From positions 68,131-132,130 of the forward strand of contig JAAOMT010000289.1 of assembly GCA_016748015.1 (NCBI GenBank): 64,000 bases of DNA, given 5' to 3'. Source of the stretch: Geosiphon pyriformis uo1. Taxonomy: Eukaryota > Fungi > Glomeromycota. Shown here one piece after another: positions 51,450 to 63,366 of this stretch (position 1 is the stretch's first letter; the number at the start of each line of letters is the position of its first letter). Under the pieces are notes generated by a model. The model had not been told where the DNA came from, did no database searches, and was given only the letters and a program-made list of their open reading frames with translations. The position numbers and the translations under genes were made by a program.

Positions 51450-52512
51450 TGTTATGGGTAAACTTGGTGGGTATGGGAAATGGTAACATTTGATGCTCTC
51501 AATTATGGATAATGCATCTTCTGCGTAATTCTGTTGGCTTAGTCTTGATTATCAGTCTCTGAAGATCTATTTCTGAATGTGAATTTATCCGTTGAGTTTT
51601 TTGGTTATAAGGCACAGAGTTTGTCTTTTGTTGATTGCAATGTTTTTTGTAAATATGAGCTTTCTTCTCTGAGCTAACGAGTGCAGTCATTAGGGTCTGG
51701 TGTTGTCTTTTTGCCCTTCTGGTAAACTAACAAAATAATGTTAATATCCAAAACTTAGGAAGAGCTTTCCTCTTTTACCAGGCTATCACGAAGTCTATTC
51801 CCAGACAGTCGATTTTACTATGTTGCCACTCCACAAAAATAAGACAGAAAAAAAAAGAAAAAGAGAAAAAAAGATAAATTAGTATCGTCAATTACCGTGA
51901 TCAAGAGTGATTGGTCCAAATTGTTAATAGGTTCGAAGTAATTATGCTAAGAGCATCTGTTCTAAAATGGAGGTACGAGACAAGGGTTAATTCATGTAAA
52001 TTCTACGAAGTTCGAGAACATAAATTTGTGATTCTGATTTCTTTTTAATAATTGGTTTATTTTAGGAGATGAAATAGAGAAGATAATAAAGGATGAAAGG
52101 GTATGAATATTTAATTCTTGTCTAAAGGTTCATATCTATCTGTCTGTTTTTTCTTACTTCTACAACTACTTGCTTTTATATATTCTTTTGGTTTTACAGA
52201 ATTGTTTTTAATTGTCTCGCTATTACTAGCTATTGCTTTGTTGTTTCTGTTATTGCTTTATTTTTCTACGTTATCACTAGTTATCCTATGTTATAACATG
52301 TTATCTGACATTATTACATGTTATTCTGTGTTATCCTGTGTTATAACATGTTATCCTATGTTATTGCGTGCTATTCTGTGTTATTCTGCGTTATAACACA
52401 TTATCCTATGTTATAACGCATTATCTAACGTTATTGTGTGTTATTCTGTGTTATGTCACGTTTTAATCACGTTTTTTCATAACTTTGGATCAGTTTTTCT
52501 ACTTGGGTAACA
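51450..52512 (-). repeat. 5' LTR of element B (PBS at 51436-51449)
   Basis: Pair of 42352-43414. Confidence 0.95.
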
Positions 52513-52516
52513 ATAT

Positions 52517-55500
52517 TTGGAATTGAGATTTCATGCTTCAAACAGATTTATTCATTGGATTCAAAGATTTGTTGTGTAGTGGTGGGTTTTGAGCAAGTGT
52601 AAATTTCGTGATGTTCTCCTAAAGGTGAAATGGTAATTGGCTGGGGAAGTTGAAAAATCTGATGAGATTCATTTTGTGTATTAAGAGCTATGTTTACTGG
52701 AACTGTAAATCGTCCAATTGAACCAAAACCTTGAGTTCTTTCACTTTTTCCCAATTGTTCTCTGTTGTTTACTGATTGTAAATCCGAAATGTTGATTAAG
52801 GGTAAGTAAATTAATTGAGCAATTTTTTCAGCATGTTCAATTTTGAATGGTTTGTCTGTCTCATTCTGTAACATGATGGTAATATCTCCAGTGTATCCTG
52901 CATCTATAACTTCTCCTCTAATATTAATTCCTTTGCTTGCCAATAATAATCTGGAGGCAATTTGCATCATTGGTCCTGGTGAAATTTCAAAAGCAATTTT
53001 GAAATTGATTTTTGTCAAAGACTTTGGTTGGAGAATCAAAATATCTTTTCCTGGGTATCTTAGGTCATATCCAGCATCAATTTCGTGTGCTTTTTCTGAT
53101 CTGATTCCTTGGCCATGGTTGTCAAAATATTTAAGTTGTAGAGGTGGTTGCTTTTTAAGAAGATAGATGGGAGTGGTTGGTAGTTTTTCTACTAGTTCAG
53201 ATATTCCAAATTCGATTTCATTTTCATCATTTTCATCTGGCAGAGGAATGCTAAGAGCATAACATTCTAAACACCATTGGTCATCACAAGGCATAACACA
53301 TTCTTCACACAATTGAATGTTCATTTGCTCTAATCATTGAATTTGAGCTTCTTTGGTCGAATATGTGTGGCTTGCAATTTGGTGGTAGGTTTCTACTTCA
53401 TCTTCATAATCAAATCCAGCTAATTCTATGGTATACTCAATGTATTCAGCTTCTTTTATTTGGCAGGCATCTTCTTGGGTGGCTCCATTGATCAATGCCA
53501 TTGTTAGGTTAAAAATCAATTTAGTATTATGAGGGTAGTGGTAAAGTTTATTGAGAACACTGTTGTATGCTGTATCAAATAGTGTTCCTCTTCTGACTTT
53601 TTCCGAAATTGATAGAACATATTGACAGGTTTGATCATATACTCCTCTTCTTATTGCAACATCAATTCAGTTGCATTCTTCTGGTAACATATCTCCACAT
53701 GTAAGGCAAGGTGTTTTGTTCCATTTTCCACTTCTCTTTGGGGATCCAAATCATTCTCTATGGCATGCTTTGTAGAAGTAGCAAGTGCAAGTTTTATATT
53801 CCTCTTTTGGGGAAATACAGGCTCCCATAGATGAAAGCTTCTTTTTGCAATCTTTGCATTTTAGTGGAATATATGGTGGTTCTTTTCGTAATTTTGGTGT
53901 AGAATATCTAATTTTCTTTCATCTTCTTGATTCTTTGAAAATCTTTTGTTCTGTTTCCTCAGCCCAATTGGATGGTGATCCAAGAGTCATGTAGGTTTCA
54001 GTAAATGGCATTTTCTTCTCTTCTTCAAATTCAAATACTGGAGCTTTTTCTGATTATTTGTTAAAGATACCACAAGTTGCAGATACTATGGTATATTGTT
54101 CTTGATATGAGATTTTAAGTTCTTGAGTTTCTCAGTTCAGGTTTGCATTGGCCTTAAGAAGCCAATTATTTCTGACTAGAGCTTGGTATTGTAGTGCATC
54201 CATAACAAGAACTTTAACTGGAATGGTGATTCCATCAATTGTAAAGAGGAAATCATCAATTTCTTCTACTGGAGTCCTCTTCATACCATCAGCTGTAACA
54301 ATAACTGTTTGAGCTAGTCTGTCTACATTTTGTTTGAGTTGTTACATCAGCTAGTAAATAATGATACTTCTAGCCAATCCACTACCTAAGATTAAGTGAA
54401 TGGGTTTTTCTTTTACTGTAGCTTCTGTGTACATAGCAGTAATTGCTTTCTGTTTATTGACTGCTGGATTACTAAGCAGAAATGGTGATTCATTTGCTTC
54501 AAATTCAAATGAAAATATATCTAACAGATTGGCATTTTGGGCAATTTAAGTTGGTGGAATGGTATGGTTGGAAGGGTTTGATCTTGGTGCTGCAACTTCA
54601 TCTTCAGAAAGTGCAGTTTGTTGAAAATCCGATTCCTCTGGTATTGTAAGATAACTGGGTTGAGTGTAATAGTGATTGGGTCTTTGCTGACCAGAATTTC
54701 GGGGAACCAACTAGTTATTTGGATTGATTCTGTTGTTGTTACTCTGCAATTGATTTTGGAGTGTAAATTGGTTATGTTGAACCAATCTTCTTGCTGGTAC
54801 TTGATATTGTTAAGTGGATGGTGTCTGATATGGCTGAATTGGTAAAGGTTGTTAATATTGTTGCTGTATTGGTTGTGGAGCTAGTGGATAGTAACTGTTT
54901 TGATTTTGTGGTCTTGGTGAATAATAGGTTGGTGGTGGAGATTGGTAATAAGATTGTTGTAATGAAGAATAATATTGATTACTCTTGTTTTGTTGGTCTC
55001 TTTGTAATTTCCTACAATCTTGTTTCCAGTGTTCTGGAATTTCACAATAATAACAATTTTGAGGTTGGTTGTTGGATGGTGATCCAAAATTGTTTTGGTT
55101 GTGTCATTGTGGGAGTTGATATCTTTGTGGTTGTTGTTGCTGTTGTTGTTGGTTTGTAAAATAGCTTTTAACCTTTTTTGTGAGTTGGTCTATCTTCTCT
55201 TCAGCTGCTGAGCTGGTTTCTCCAATTACAAGGTTTACAAGCTTGGTGTGATTTGCTTCTTCCATTGCCATTTCATAGCTCTTTGCATGTCTAATAGCAG
55301 TTGCTAAGTCTGTTAGAGCATGTAGACAGACTTTCTTAATCAGTTTGTCTTTTAATTCTGCTATAAACTGATCCAGAATTTGAGCATCAGAATAGTAGTT
55401 ATTGGTTTCCAATTGTCGGATTTGTTTGAGAAGTTTGTTAAATCTTCCAAGATAGGTTATAACAGTTTTAGATGTTTCTTGTTTGATATTGTGAAAGTGG

Positions 55501-56490
55501 TTTCTGAGAGTGATAGAGATATTGTTGTCAGTGAATTGTTGTAAAAAAACATTTTTGAATGCTTGTCAGTTTTCAAATGGTTCTTCTAAATTTTCAAACC
55601 ATTTTCTTGCTGTTCCTTGGAAAAAATAGAGAATTGCTTTAAGCATTCTTGTTGCAATCCAACCATTTACATCTCCTGTTTTTTGAACTTTGTTGAGCCA
55701 TTTTTGAGGACTGGTATTATTATCTTCACCTATGAATTCTGGAATCTTTGCAATGTAAGCAGTTGTCATTTTCTCTTTATTTTCTGTGGCTTCTCCTTGT
55801 TCTGATTCAGTTTCTTCACTTTCCAAATTTTCTGAATGATTACTTTTGTTTTCCTGCAAGTATTCAATAATATTGGTGCTTGTTGATATAGGTTTCTGCT
55901 GTTGAGTAGAATTTTTAGGTGACTGAAAATCTTCTGGTCTGAAGAAATGGTTAAGTGGTGAATTTGGTGTTTGTAATCGAGCAAGTGAAATTGGAAATGG
56001 TGTGATAGAAAGTGGTAATTTGACACTGGTTCCTTGTTCAGGTGTTTGCAAGTGTTTGGCAGTTGTCTTTGGTAGTATTGGAGTGTTTAGAACAGTTTTT
56101 GAGTGTTGTTTCACTTTTTGTTTGCCTTTGTTGCCTGTTTCTGTTTCTGATTCAAAGTCAAAAGAGTATTTAGACTGTACTGAGTATTTTTCTTCACAAT
56201 ACTTGATAATGTTGTAATTGAGTTCTTGAAAGTAGGTGGCAAGTGTTTCACTGTTAAGGTCTTTAGTTCCCAATTGTGAATAGTATACTAGATTATTGTA
56301 AAGGTTGCTTCTCACTTCTGAAATATTGTAATTTCCAAAAAGATAATTGTTGATACGGTTTTCAATGTATTGGTAGAGTGTTCTTTCAACAATTTCAATT
56401 CCGTCTGGAATGTTGAATCTCTGCTTGCAATGGGTGTAAATTGACTGATAATACTCTAGAGTTGTTGTGTCTGGTATGGTCGCTACTTTG
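52517..56490 (-). pseudogene. gag-protease-Cys-rich-dUTPase part of element C (dUTPase ~52710-53135)
   Basis: ORFs 55566..56315 and 55104..55412 (gag); 52548..53324 with AHEIDAGYDL, IDAGYTG, KIAQLI, QGFGS. Confidence 0.92.
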
Positions 56491-56533
56491 AAGTTTGTTG
56501 TTTACTGTGTTATTTCTGTAAGAGAGCACCAAA

Positions 56534-57523
56534 TGTTACCAGAGGTTTTTGGTCTCTTTTTTTGAATGTTGTAACTGTCTGTTGGTTGCAAATTCACGTT
56601 TTTTAGAAGTAGTTGAACCTTCAATAACTGAATTTATCTTCAAATTATCTCCTATAATTTGACTGCTGGGCTTATAAATGGAATGACCAATTTCTTGCCA
56701 GTTACTTTATGTAATTACATTGTAGTAAACATCAACTCTTTTCCAGAAATTGCTCGTCTGGAAGCTCACTAAAAATGTGTAGTTATTTTGCTGTAAAAAT
56801 CAACTCTTCTACAGGAATCTTGTCTGTAGGCTACTCTAATGATTGTAATAAGAAAAGAAAAGAAAAATAAAAGAAATGTAAAAGAAATAGAATTTTATCA
56901 AGGAAAACATTTTCTATTCAGGCCTGAAGTCATTAACAGTTTACTGAAATTGGTAGCTAATCAATTTCAAAACGTTAGTTGGGTTTTGGGAATTTTCCAA
57001 GTGCAATAATTAAAGAATTTGGTTTTTCAAATTATTTGATATTTATTTTTTTTTGTGTGTGTAGGAATGGTTCTAAGTAATAAATCTAAAGTAAGATACA
57101 TTTTCTTGAAGAAAAAAACTCTTCTTTTATACAACTTGTTGTAGTACTAGTTTATAAATTTGCATTTTTTCTCTTTGCTCAAATTTTGGTAAATTAAAGA
57201 TATATTTTGATGGACTACAAGTTATTTCGCTGAACTATTGATTAATTTGGATAAACTATTCATAATTTCAGCGAATTTCTATAAATTTCGGCAAATTTTT
57301 TATAAATTTCAGCAAATTTTTAAATGTTACAAAGTTCAGGGTATTGTGTAATTTGATCATCTTACTTTTTGTTATACTAATTGGATTATTTAATTGAATT
57401 ATGATATGTAATAATTGATTAAATAATAAATGATAATTTGAAATGATATTAATATACTAATTAATTATAGGAATTATAAGGGTAATTTCATGCTAATTAA
57501 TAGCTAAAATTCTACTGGTAACA
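56534..57523 (-). repeat. 5' LTR of element C
   Basis: Pair of 37432-38420; PBS adjacent. Confidence 0.95.
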
Positions 57524-57640
57524 GTGATCATCATTTCAACCATTAGCAGTAATTGTTTTCTTAGCATTCACAATCCAAGAATATGTGTTATTTTTTTCAC
57601 CAGAAAATTTCTCCAATTTAGCAATATCCCAGTAAGCCAT

Positions 57641-58494
57641 TATTACTCATAAAAATATAAGAAATATATATTAGCATAGTTATTAACCAATTAGAAGTAG
57701 ACATAGTAAAATGTGGAATTCTAGGATTCCTCTCAGGAATTGTAGGATTCCAAAAATTACAGGATTCTCACAAGAAATTGCAGGATTCCAGAATTCCAGG
57801 ATTCCTCTCAAAGAAATTGCAGGATTCCTGTTGTGAAGAATTGAGGAATTGAGGAATCTCAATTATGTATATATAGCAGTAGGATTAAAAGCTAAAAAAA
57901 CAGATCTCTCAGTTTAGATTTCATCTAAACAACTTTCTAAACCACAAATAAATAACTGTTTGTTATCTCAAACCCACTGCCACTATCAACACTTTATGTT
58001 GATAGTAATTGATACTTAATCACACTGGAACAATAGTTCTTGATCATAGCTATTGACAGAATACTAACTTGCAAATTGCCTTGGCTTATTTCTTTTCTTC
58101 CTTTATTTTCTTTTTTTTTCTTTATTTTTTGCTTTGATTTTATTGTTGTTTACTAACTCTATTGAGGATTAACACGCAAGATACTGACATCAGGATAAAT
58201 GTGACTGGTAAAAGACCCAGAAATAAGGGTAGAACACTTGATTGAGAATAGCTTACCAAGAGGAATACTGGCTATCAAGCTGAGAAAAAAATTGATGAAA
58301 CTGCAGTTTTGGGAAGTTATGGATAAAATTATTACTATTGAATCTCTGTCTATTATACAAAGAACTCAACCAAACCCTTCGGATACAAATCTTTTAGACA
58401 CAAACTTTCAGATCACTATCAACTGCAACTAGATTTGAGCACCAAGTTACAAATGTGTTATCTAATTCAACACCAGAAATAGTTACTTGTAACA
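57641..58494 (+). repeat. 5' LTR of element E
   Basis: Starts where D gag homology stops; T(A)TTAC...GTAACA termini; CAGGATTCC repeats at 57720-57830. Confidence 0.85.
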
Positions 58495-58553
58495 TTTGGT
58501 GCTCCCTATAAGGTATAATCATACAGAGAACCAGCACCAACACAAATTTAAAA

Positions 58554-61500
58554 GTGGCAGAATCAGAAAACATAAGAGCAAACCATCTAGGATTTGCAAA
58601 ATTCTTATTTCAACACTACTGTTAACATTTGGGATTAAATCACAACCACATATCAGTGGAATCAGCTTTCAATTTCTATGTCAATGAAAAAATTGCCTAT
58701 CTGTTAAGAACACTAGTAAATATTGAATCGGCAAGAAAAGCCTTTTACAGTGAATTAATTCAAAATATCAATCTGCCAACAAATCACAATTTTGCCTTCA
58801 TTATCATGGAAATCAACAAAGAAATTGAACACCACATACAGCAAAGATACTTCATTACTTATGCGAGCAAAGGCAAAGGAAAACTGCAAACACCAGTAGT
58901 AACACCTAAAAAAATATAACCACCTACTTGGAAGAAAACAAGAGTTGAGTCCTCAACTAATCTATTATATCACTATACACCCGGAAACACTATTAATATT
59001 ACATTTACCAGTATGGCCACATCAAACATGACATTAGCATTTGGACAATTCCCATTTCAAAGTAAACAAAGGAAAGCAGAGTTATTAAGACCATATAGTG
59101 TATATTTTGAAGAATTTAACTTGTGATTATCAACACCATCAGGACTTTAATTGCTACCATCTCTCCCAGATTTCGGAATTTCTGATCCATGAGAAGTAAC
59201 GGAATCAGAAGAAGAAAAAAAAAAAAAAAAGCTGAAGATTAAGAATTTACTTACCAGAACTCGATCACTAAAAACCCAGAATTTGAAACCCCGAATTTTC
59301 AAACCCAGCAAAATCTAAACCTAGAAAATCTGGAAATTGAAACTTCAAATATTCAGACACTGCCAACTCAAGATAATCGAAACCCTGATTTAATAAATTA
59401 ACAAAACTTACCTCCAGTAATTATCATCAATCAACCACTGATTAATCCAATAGCCAAATCCATACAACTGCCACTTTAACTACTATTCCAACAACCCGTG
59501 CAACAACAACCACTTCAACTACCACCACAACAACCCAACTTAGATCCAATGACCTACGCACCAATTACAAAACTTGACAATTTTACCAGCAAAAAGAATA
59601 ACACTCAAATATGGCTCAATGATATTGAAAAAGCCATAGTGGCCAATGGATGGAACAACAGTAGAGTCCTTCAAGTGATCTCCTATTTTCTCAAATATAC
59701 TGCCAACTTGTGATATTAAAGCCTAGCCACCAAACCACAAATTTTCAATGAGTTCAAAACAGAATTCTTAAGATACTTTAGTAATAACAATAGTATCAAT
59801 TGCTTGACCAACACATTCACCACCATCAAACAAGGGGACACAGAAGCAGTCACTACTTACTTGGAACGCTTCTATAGAAATCTGTGCCAAATTCAGACAA
59901 TCCAAGCTGATTACTTTACAATGCCACAGATCTTGAACCAGTTCATCAGAGGATTATACAGTAGCATCTTTCAGTGAGTACATCTAATGCATCCAGTTGA
60001 CCTCCCAACCACCATTACCCACACCAGAGATTTTGAAACAGCCAAGCTAGAAGCCAACCACACTCAAGCTGTAAATTTAGTGATGAACGGATCATCTGAC
60101 TTGGATTCCAAACTGAAACAATTCAGTAATACAATTTATCAGAAACTAGAGAAATACTTAGCTAACAATTGTGCAATCTATCAACCACCACAACAACACA
60201 ATAATTCAGGAAACATGAATCATTTTCAAAATCAATCACGTCTATCAACATTATTATTATCATCATTACCCAATCAGCCATGACAGCCAAAAACATGTGT
60301 TTGCCACAACTGTGGTAAACAAGGTCATATTAGAGCTAACTGTTGATTTTATAGCAACAATCCATGATTGGGAAATCAATATCAAAACCCTGATCGCAGA
60401 TTTCAGACTCAGAATCACTACCCAAATCAAGACCAATATCAAACCACTTACCTGTCAATGATGCAGCAACCAATCTATCAACTGCCAGTATATCAACCTC
60501 CAATTTATCAACTGCAATCACTAGTAATTTATCAGCCGCAGCCCCAAATAATTTATCAGCCCCAACAACCAATTTAAACACCACTCCAAAACCCCACTCA
60601 AATAACATCAGGAAACCCAAGACCTAGAATCACTCAAAACTGGAGATTGGCAATGGTTGTTCATCAACTGATCTCCAGTTCCTCTCACCAATCATCAGGC
60701 TCTCGACAGCAGAATCTGGGTATTGGTTTTACCCAAAACCCGAATTCTCAGAACTATTTAAGTCTCCTGGTTATCCCAGAAGATGCTACTACCAACAACT
60801 CAGAATTCAACCCATCCCAAACAACACTCACCAACAATATTCCACCAGTAACAGTCACCGAAAACAAATCTCTCGCAGCCATCTTTCCTTTCAAATTGGA
60901 GGAAACCATCAACTTACCTTTGTTCAGTGGAGCAGCACTCAAAGAGAAACCCATCACTGTGATGTACACTGATGCAAAAGTTGATGGTCACTCCATCAAA
61001 CTGATCCTAGATAGTGAATCAGCTGGCAGCATCATCACAAGACAACTCATGAATTAATTAGGTTACTGAGTTAATTGCACTGTCAGCACCAGGATTATTA
61101 CAGCCAATGGAGTGACCAAAACACCCATTGGAGAGATTGATGATTTCTCCATAGAAGTCAATGACATCATAGTACCAATCAAAGTACTCATTATGAAAGC
61201 CACTCAATACCAAGCACTTGTTGGGAATAACTGGCTGTCCAAAACCAACATGACTCTAGATTAGAACACCCAAGAGCTCCAGCTTAGCCAGAATGGTCAA
61301 CACACATGGGTACCAGCCACATGTGGCCACTTCAAGCCCATTACCATATCATCAACACCACTTATCGAATTCAAGGAAGAAAAAGCGAAACCCATCTAGG
61401 AAGCATACCAAGTCTCGTGGGCTGACATCAACCACAATGAACTGCTGCCAATACTTGCCTGGAACAAGAATGACAATAAAAAGAAGAAACAAAGAGAAAA

Positions 61501-63366
61501 ACCTACCTGGAAAGCCACCATCGATGCTTGGACTGACAACAACCAAAGCGAGATGCCACCAATTCTAGATTGGGAAGAAAAGAACAAGAAAAAAGGGAAA
61601 GGAAGGGAAGAAAACATACCTAAAGAAACCACTACTGTAGAAGAAATAACTAGTGGCTGGGAAAGGGAATATTCATGTGAACCAATAAAAAAGCCACCAT
61701 ATATACCTTTCAAATGCAAGGACTGTAGGAAAAAACTGTCCTCAATGAGAGCTTGGGTAGCACCAGATGAAGACTACTAAACACAAACCCATTACTATTG
61801 GAAGCTCTGCCATAGGAAATGATATGGCTACCCAAAAAAACAAAGCAAGTGGGACAACAAACCATGTTTCACTTGCAGCGAACAATTACTCGACAAAGGA
61901 ATGTGTAATGCTTCATGCCAATACATGATCCTCATTAGTAACTGGGTGAGTTGTAGTATGCCCATCACAGCAGCATGACACCGAGCTATATCCTGCCTAG
62001 ACAGCTATCCACATGACAAGAACAAGATCTGGCAAATGGCCAATACCAAAGTAGAAGGTGCTTTGCCTAATGAAATTCTGGAGATCAAGAATAACCCTCC
62101 AGAACCAACAGATATTGTTTTGGTTCTCAACCCAGATGTCTTTATTAACTTAGAAAATAGTCCAGAAGAATTCCATGAACACTATTAGAATCTAGCACCT
62201 ACAAGAGAAAAGCAAGAGCAACGCTTGGAAGAAATCAACACCCAATTATGTGACCACTGTTTGATTCCATATGACTTCCAATTCTGTAATGATTGTGATC
62301 TCATCTACAATCTACCACCATGCATGATCTACACGATCCCCAAAGAAAAAAAACCAATCAACAACTGCACATCAAAATCGGAATCAAGTTCCAACCCCGA
62401 TTCAAACTCCAACAACAATGATAACAAAAATAACGGTTCCAGCTCCATTCAAAATGGCTATAATAATGACAATGATTCTAACTCAGATTCAAACTCAGAT
62501 TTAAACTATGAACAATATATTGCATTCTCTGACTTTACTAAGAAGCAAGAACTAAAATGGTTCAGTGATAATAATAAAGGTATTATGTCAGAACGTGCGC
62601 ATGATACTGATGCAAGATTTGATCTAAGATATCCAGGAAAAGATGCCATCAAATTGGAACCTCATTTATGCACTTGCATTGATCTGAAAATAGTACTGGA
62701 AATTCCAGCAACAACAATGGTTCAATTAGCATCTAGGAGTAGTTTAGCGAAAAAGGGAATAAACATCAGAGGAAGAATAATTGATGCAGAATATGTAGAA
62801 AATATCATTACTATGCTACAAAATGACTCAGAAAAGGTCTATGTTATAGAGCCAAATGAAAGGATAGCACAGGCAATATTTCTGTCTCTGGTGAAAATAG
62901 CTCAATTAGTTTCAGTGAGAAATAGAAAAAAATTAGGGATAACAGCAAGAGGGATACAGAGATTTGAATCAATGGGTAGAATAGATGTACCAGTCAATAT
63001 GGTGGAGAAAAAAATTATTGGCCAAGGAGAAATTATCTCAACCAGTCAAACAATTTCTATTTCACCATATAGCTGATACATGTTAGCAATAGAAAGAAGA
63101 GAAAAGGAACAAAAACAGATTTTTGAAGCAAAAGCAACTCTTTGTGAATCAGAAGAAATTGGATTTATCAATCTACACATACCAGCCAAGAGCCATAACC
63201 ATATCAAAATTCCCATTTACAACAACACCAGAAATGTTGTAGAGATACTGGAAGGAACCACTCTCGAATATTTAACCACGGAAATTGAAGATCAAGCACC
63301 AAGCAGCATTTCAAATTTTTCACAGCTTTGTGGATATGTGGACATTACATCACAAACCATCTATGG
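58554..63366 (+). pseudogene. gag-protease-Cys-rich-dUTPase (dUTPase ~62550-62980) of element E
   Basis: CHNCGKQGHIRANC knuckle at about 60300, LILDSESAGSII, AHDTDARFDLRYPG..SRSSLA..IIDAEY..RIAQAI. Confidence 0.92.

Larger units (their letters stand above)
42352..52512 (-). mobile_element. Full-length Ty3/Gypsy element B (10.16 kb), inserted in pol of C; best-preserved copy
   Basis: 1063-bp LTRs 42352-43414 and 51450-52512, TSD ACAT/ATAT, PBS and PPT; removal restores the C frame ICLKHEISIPNVYIPKGMKKF. Confidence 0.95.
37432..57523 (-). mobile_element. Full-length Ty3/Gypsy element C (about 9.9 kb without B), inserted in gag of D
   Basis: LTRs 37432-38420 and 56534-57523, perfect TSD GTGA (37428-37431, 57524-57527), PBS 56521-56533, PPT 38421-38433. 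Confidence 0.95.
29344..57640 (-). mobile_element. Ty3/Gypsy element D (29344-37431 plus 57528-57640); gag interrupted by C and E; 5' end presumably beyond the window
   Basis: 3' LTR 29344-30348, PPT, ORF3, INT, RH, RT, dUTPase, PR and gag are colinear with B; gag resumes at 57528 and matches B 50469-50583. Confidence 0.9.

Noticed and set aside
51450-52512. Hammerhead ribozyme, 5S rRNA or U1-like RNA in the LTR
   Set aside because: No CTGANGA/GAAA core with proper stems seen; only an 8-nt TGATCACG match to the U1 loop. An Rfam scan would be needed.
52548-53324. Standalone host or horizontally acquired dUTPase gene
   Set aside because: It lies inside pol of TSD-bounded LTR elements, at the same position in every copy.
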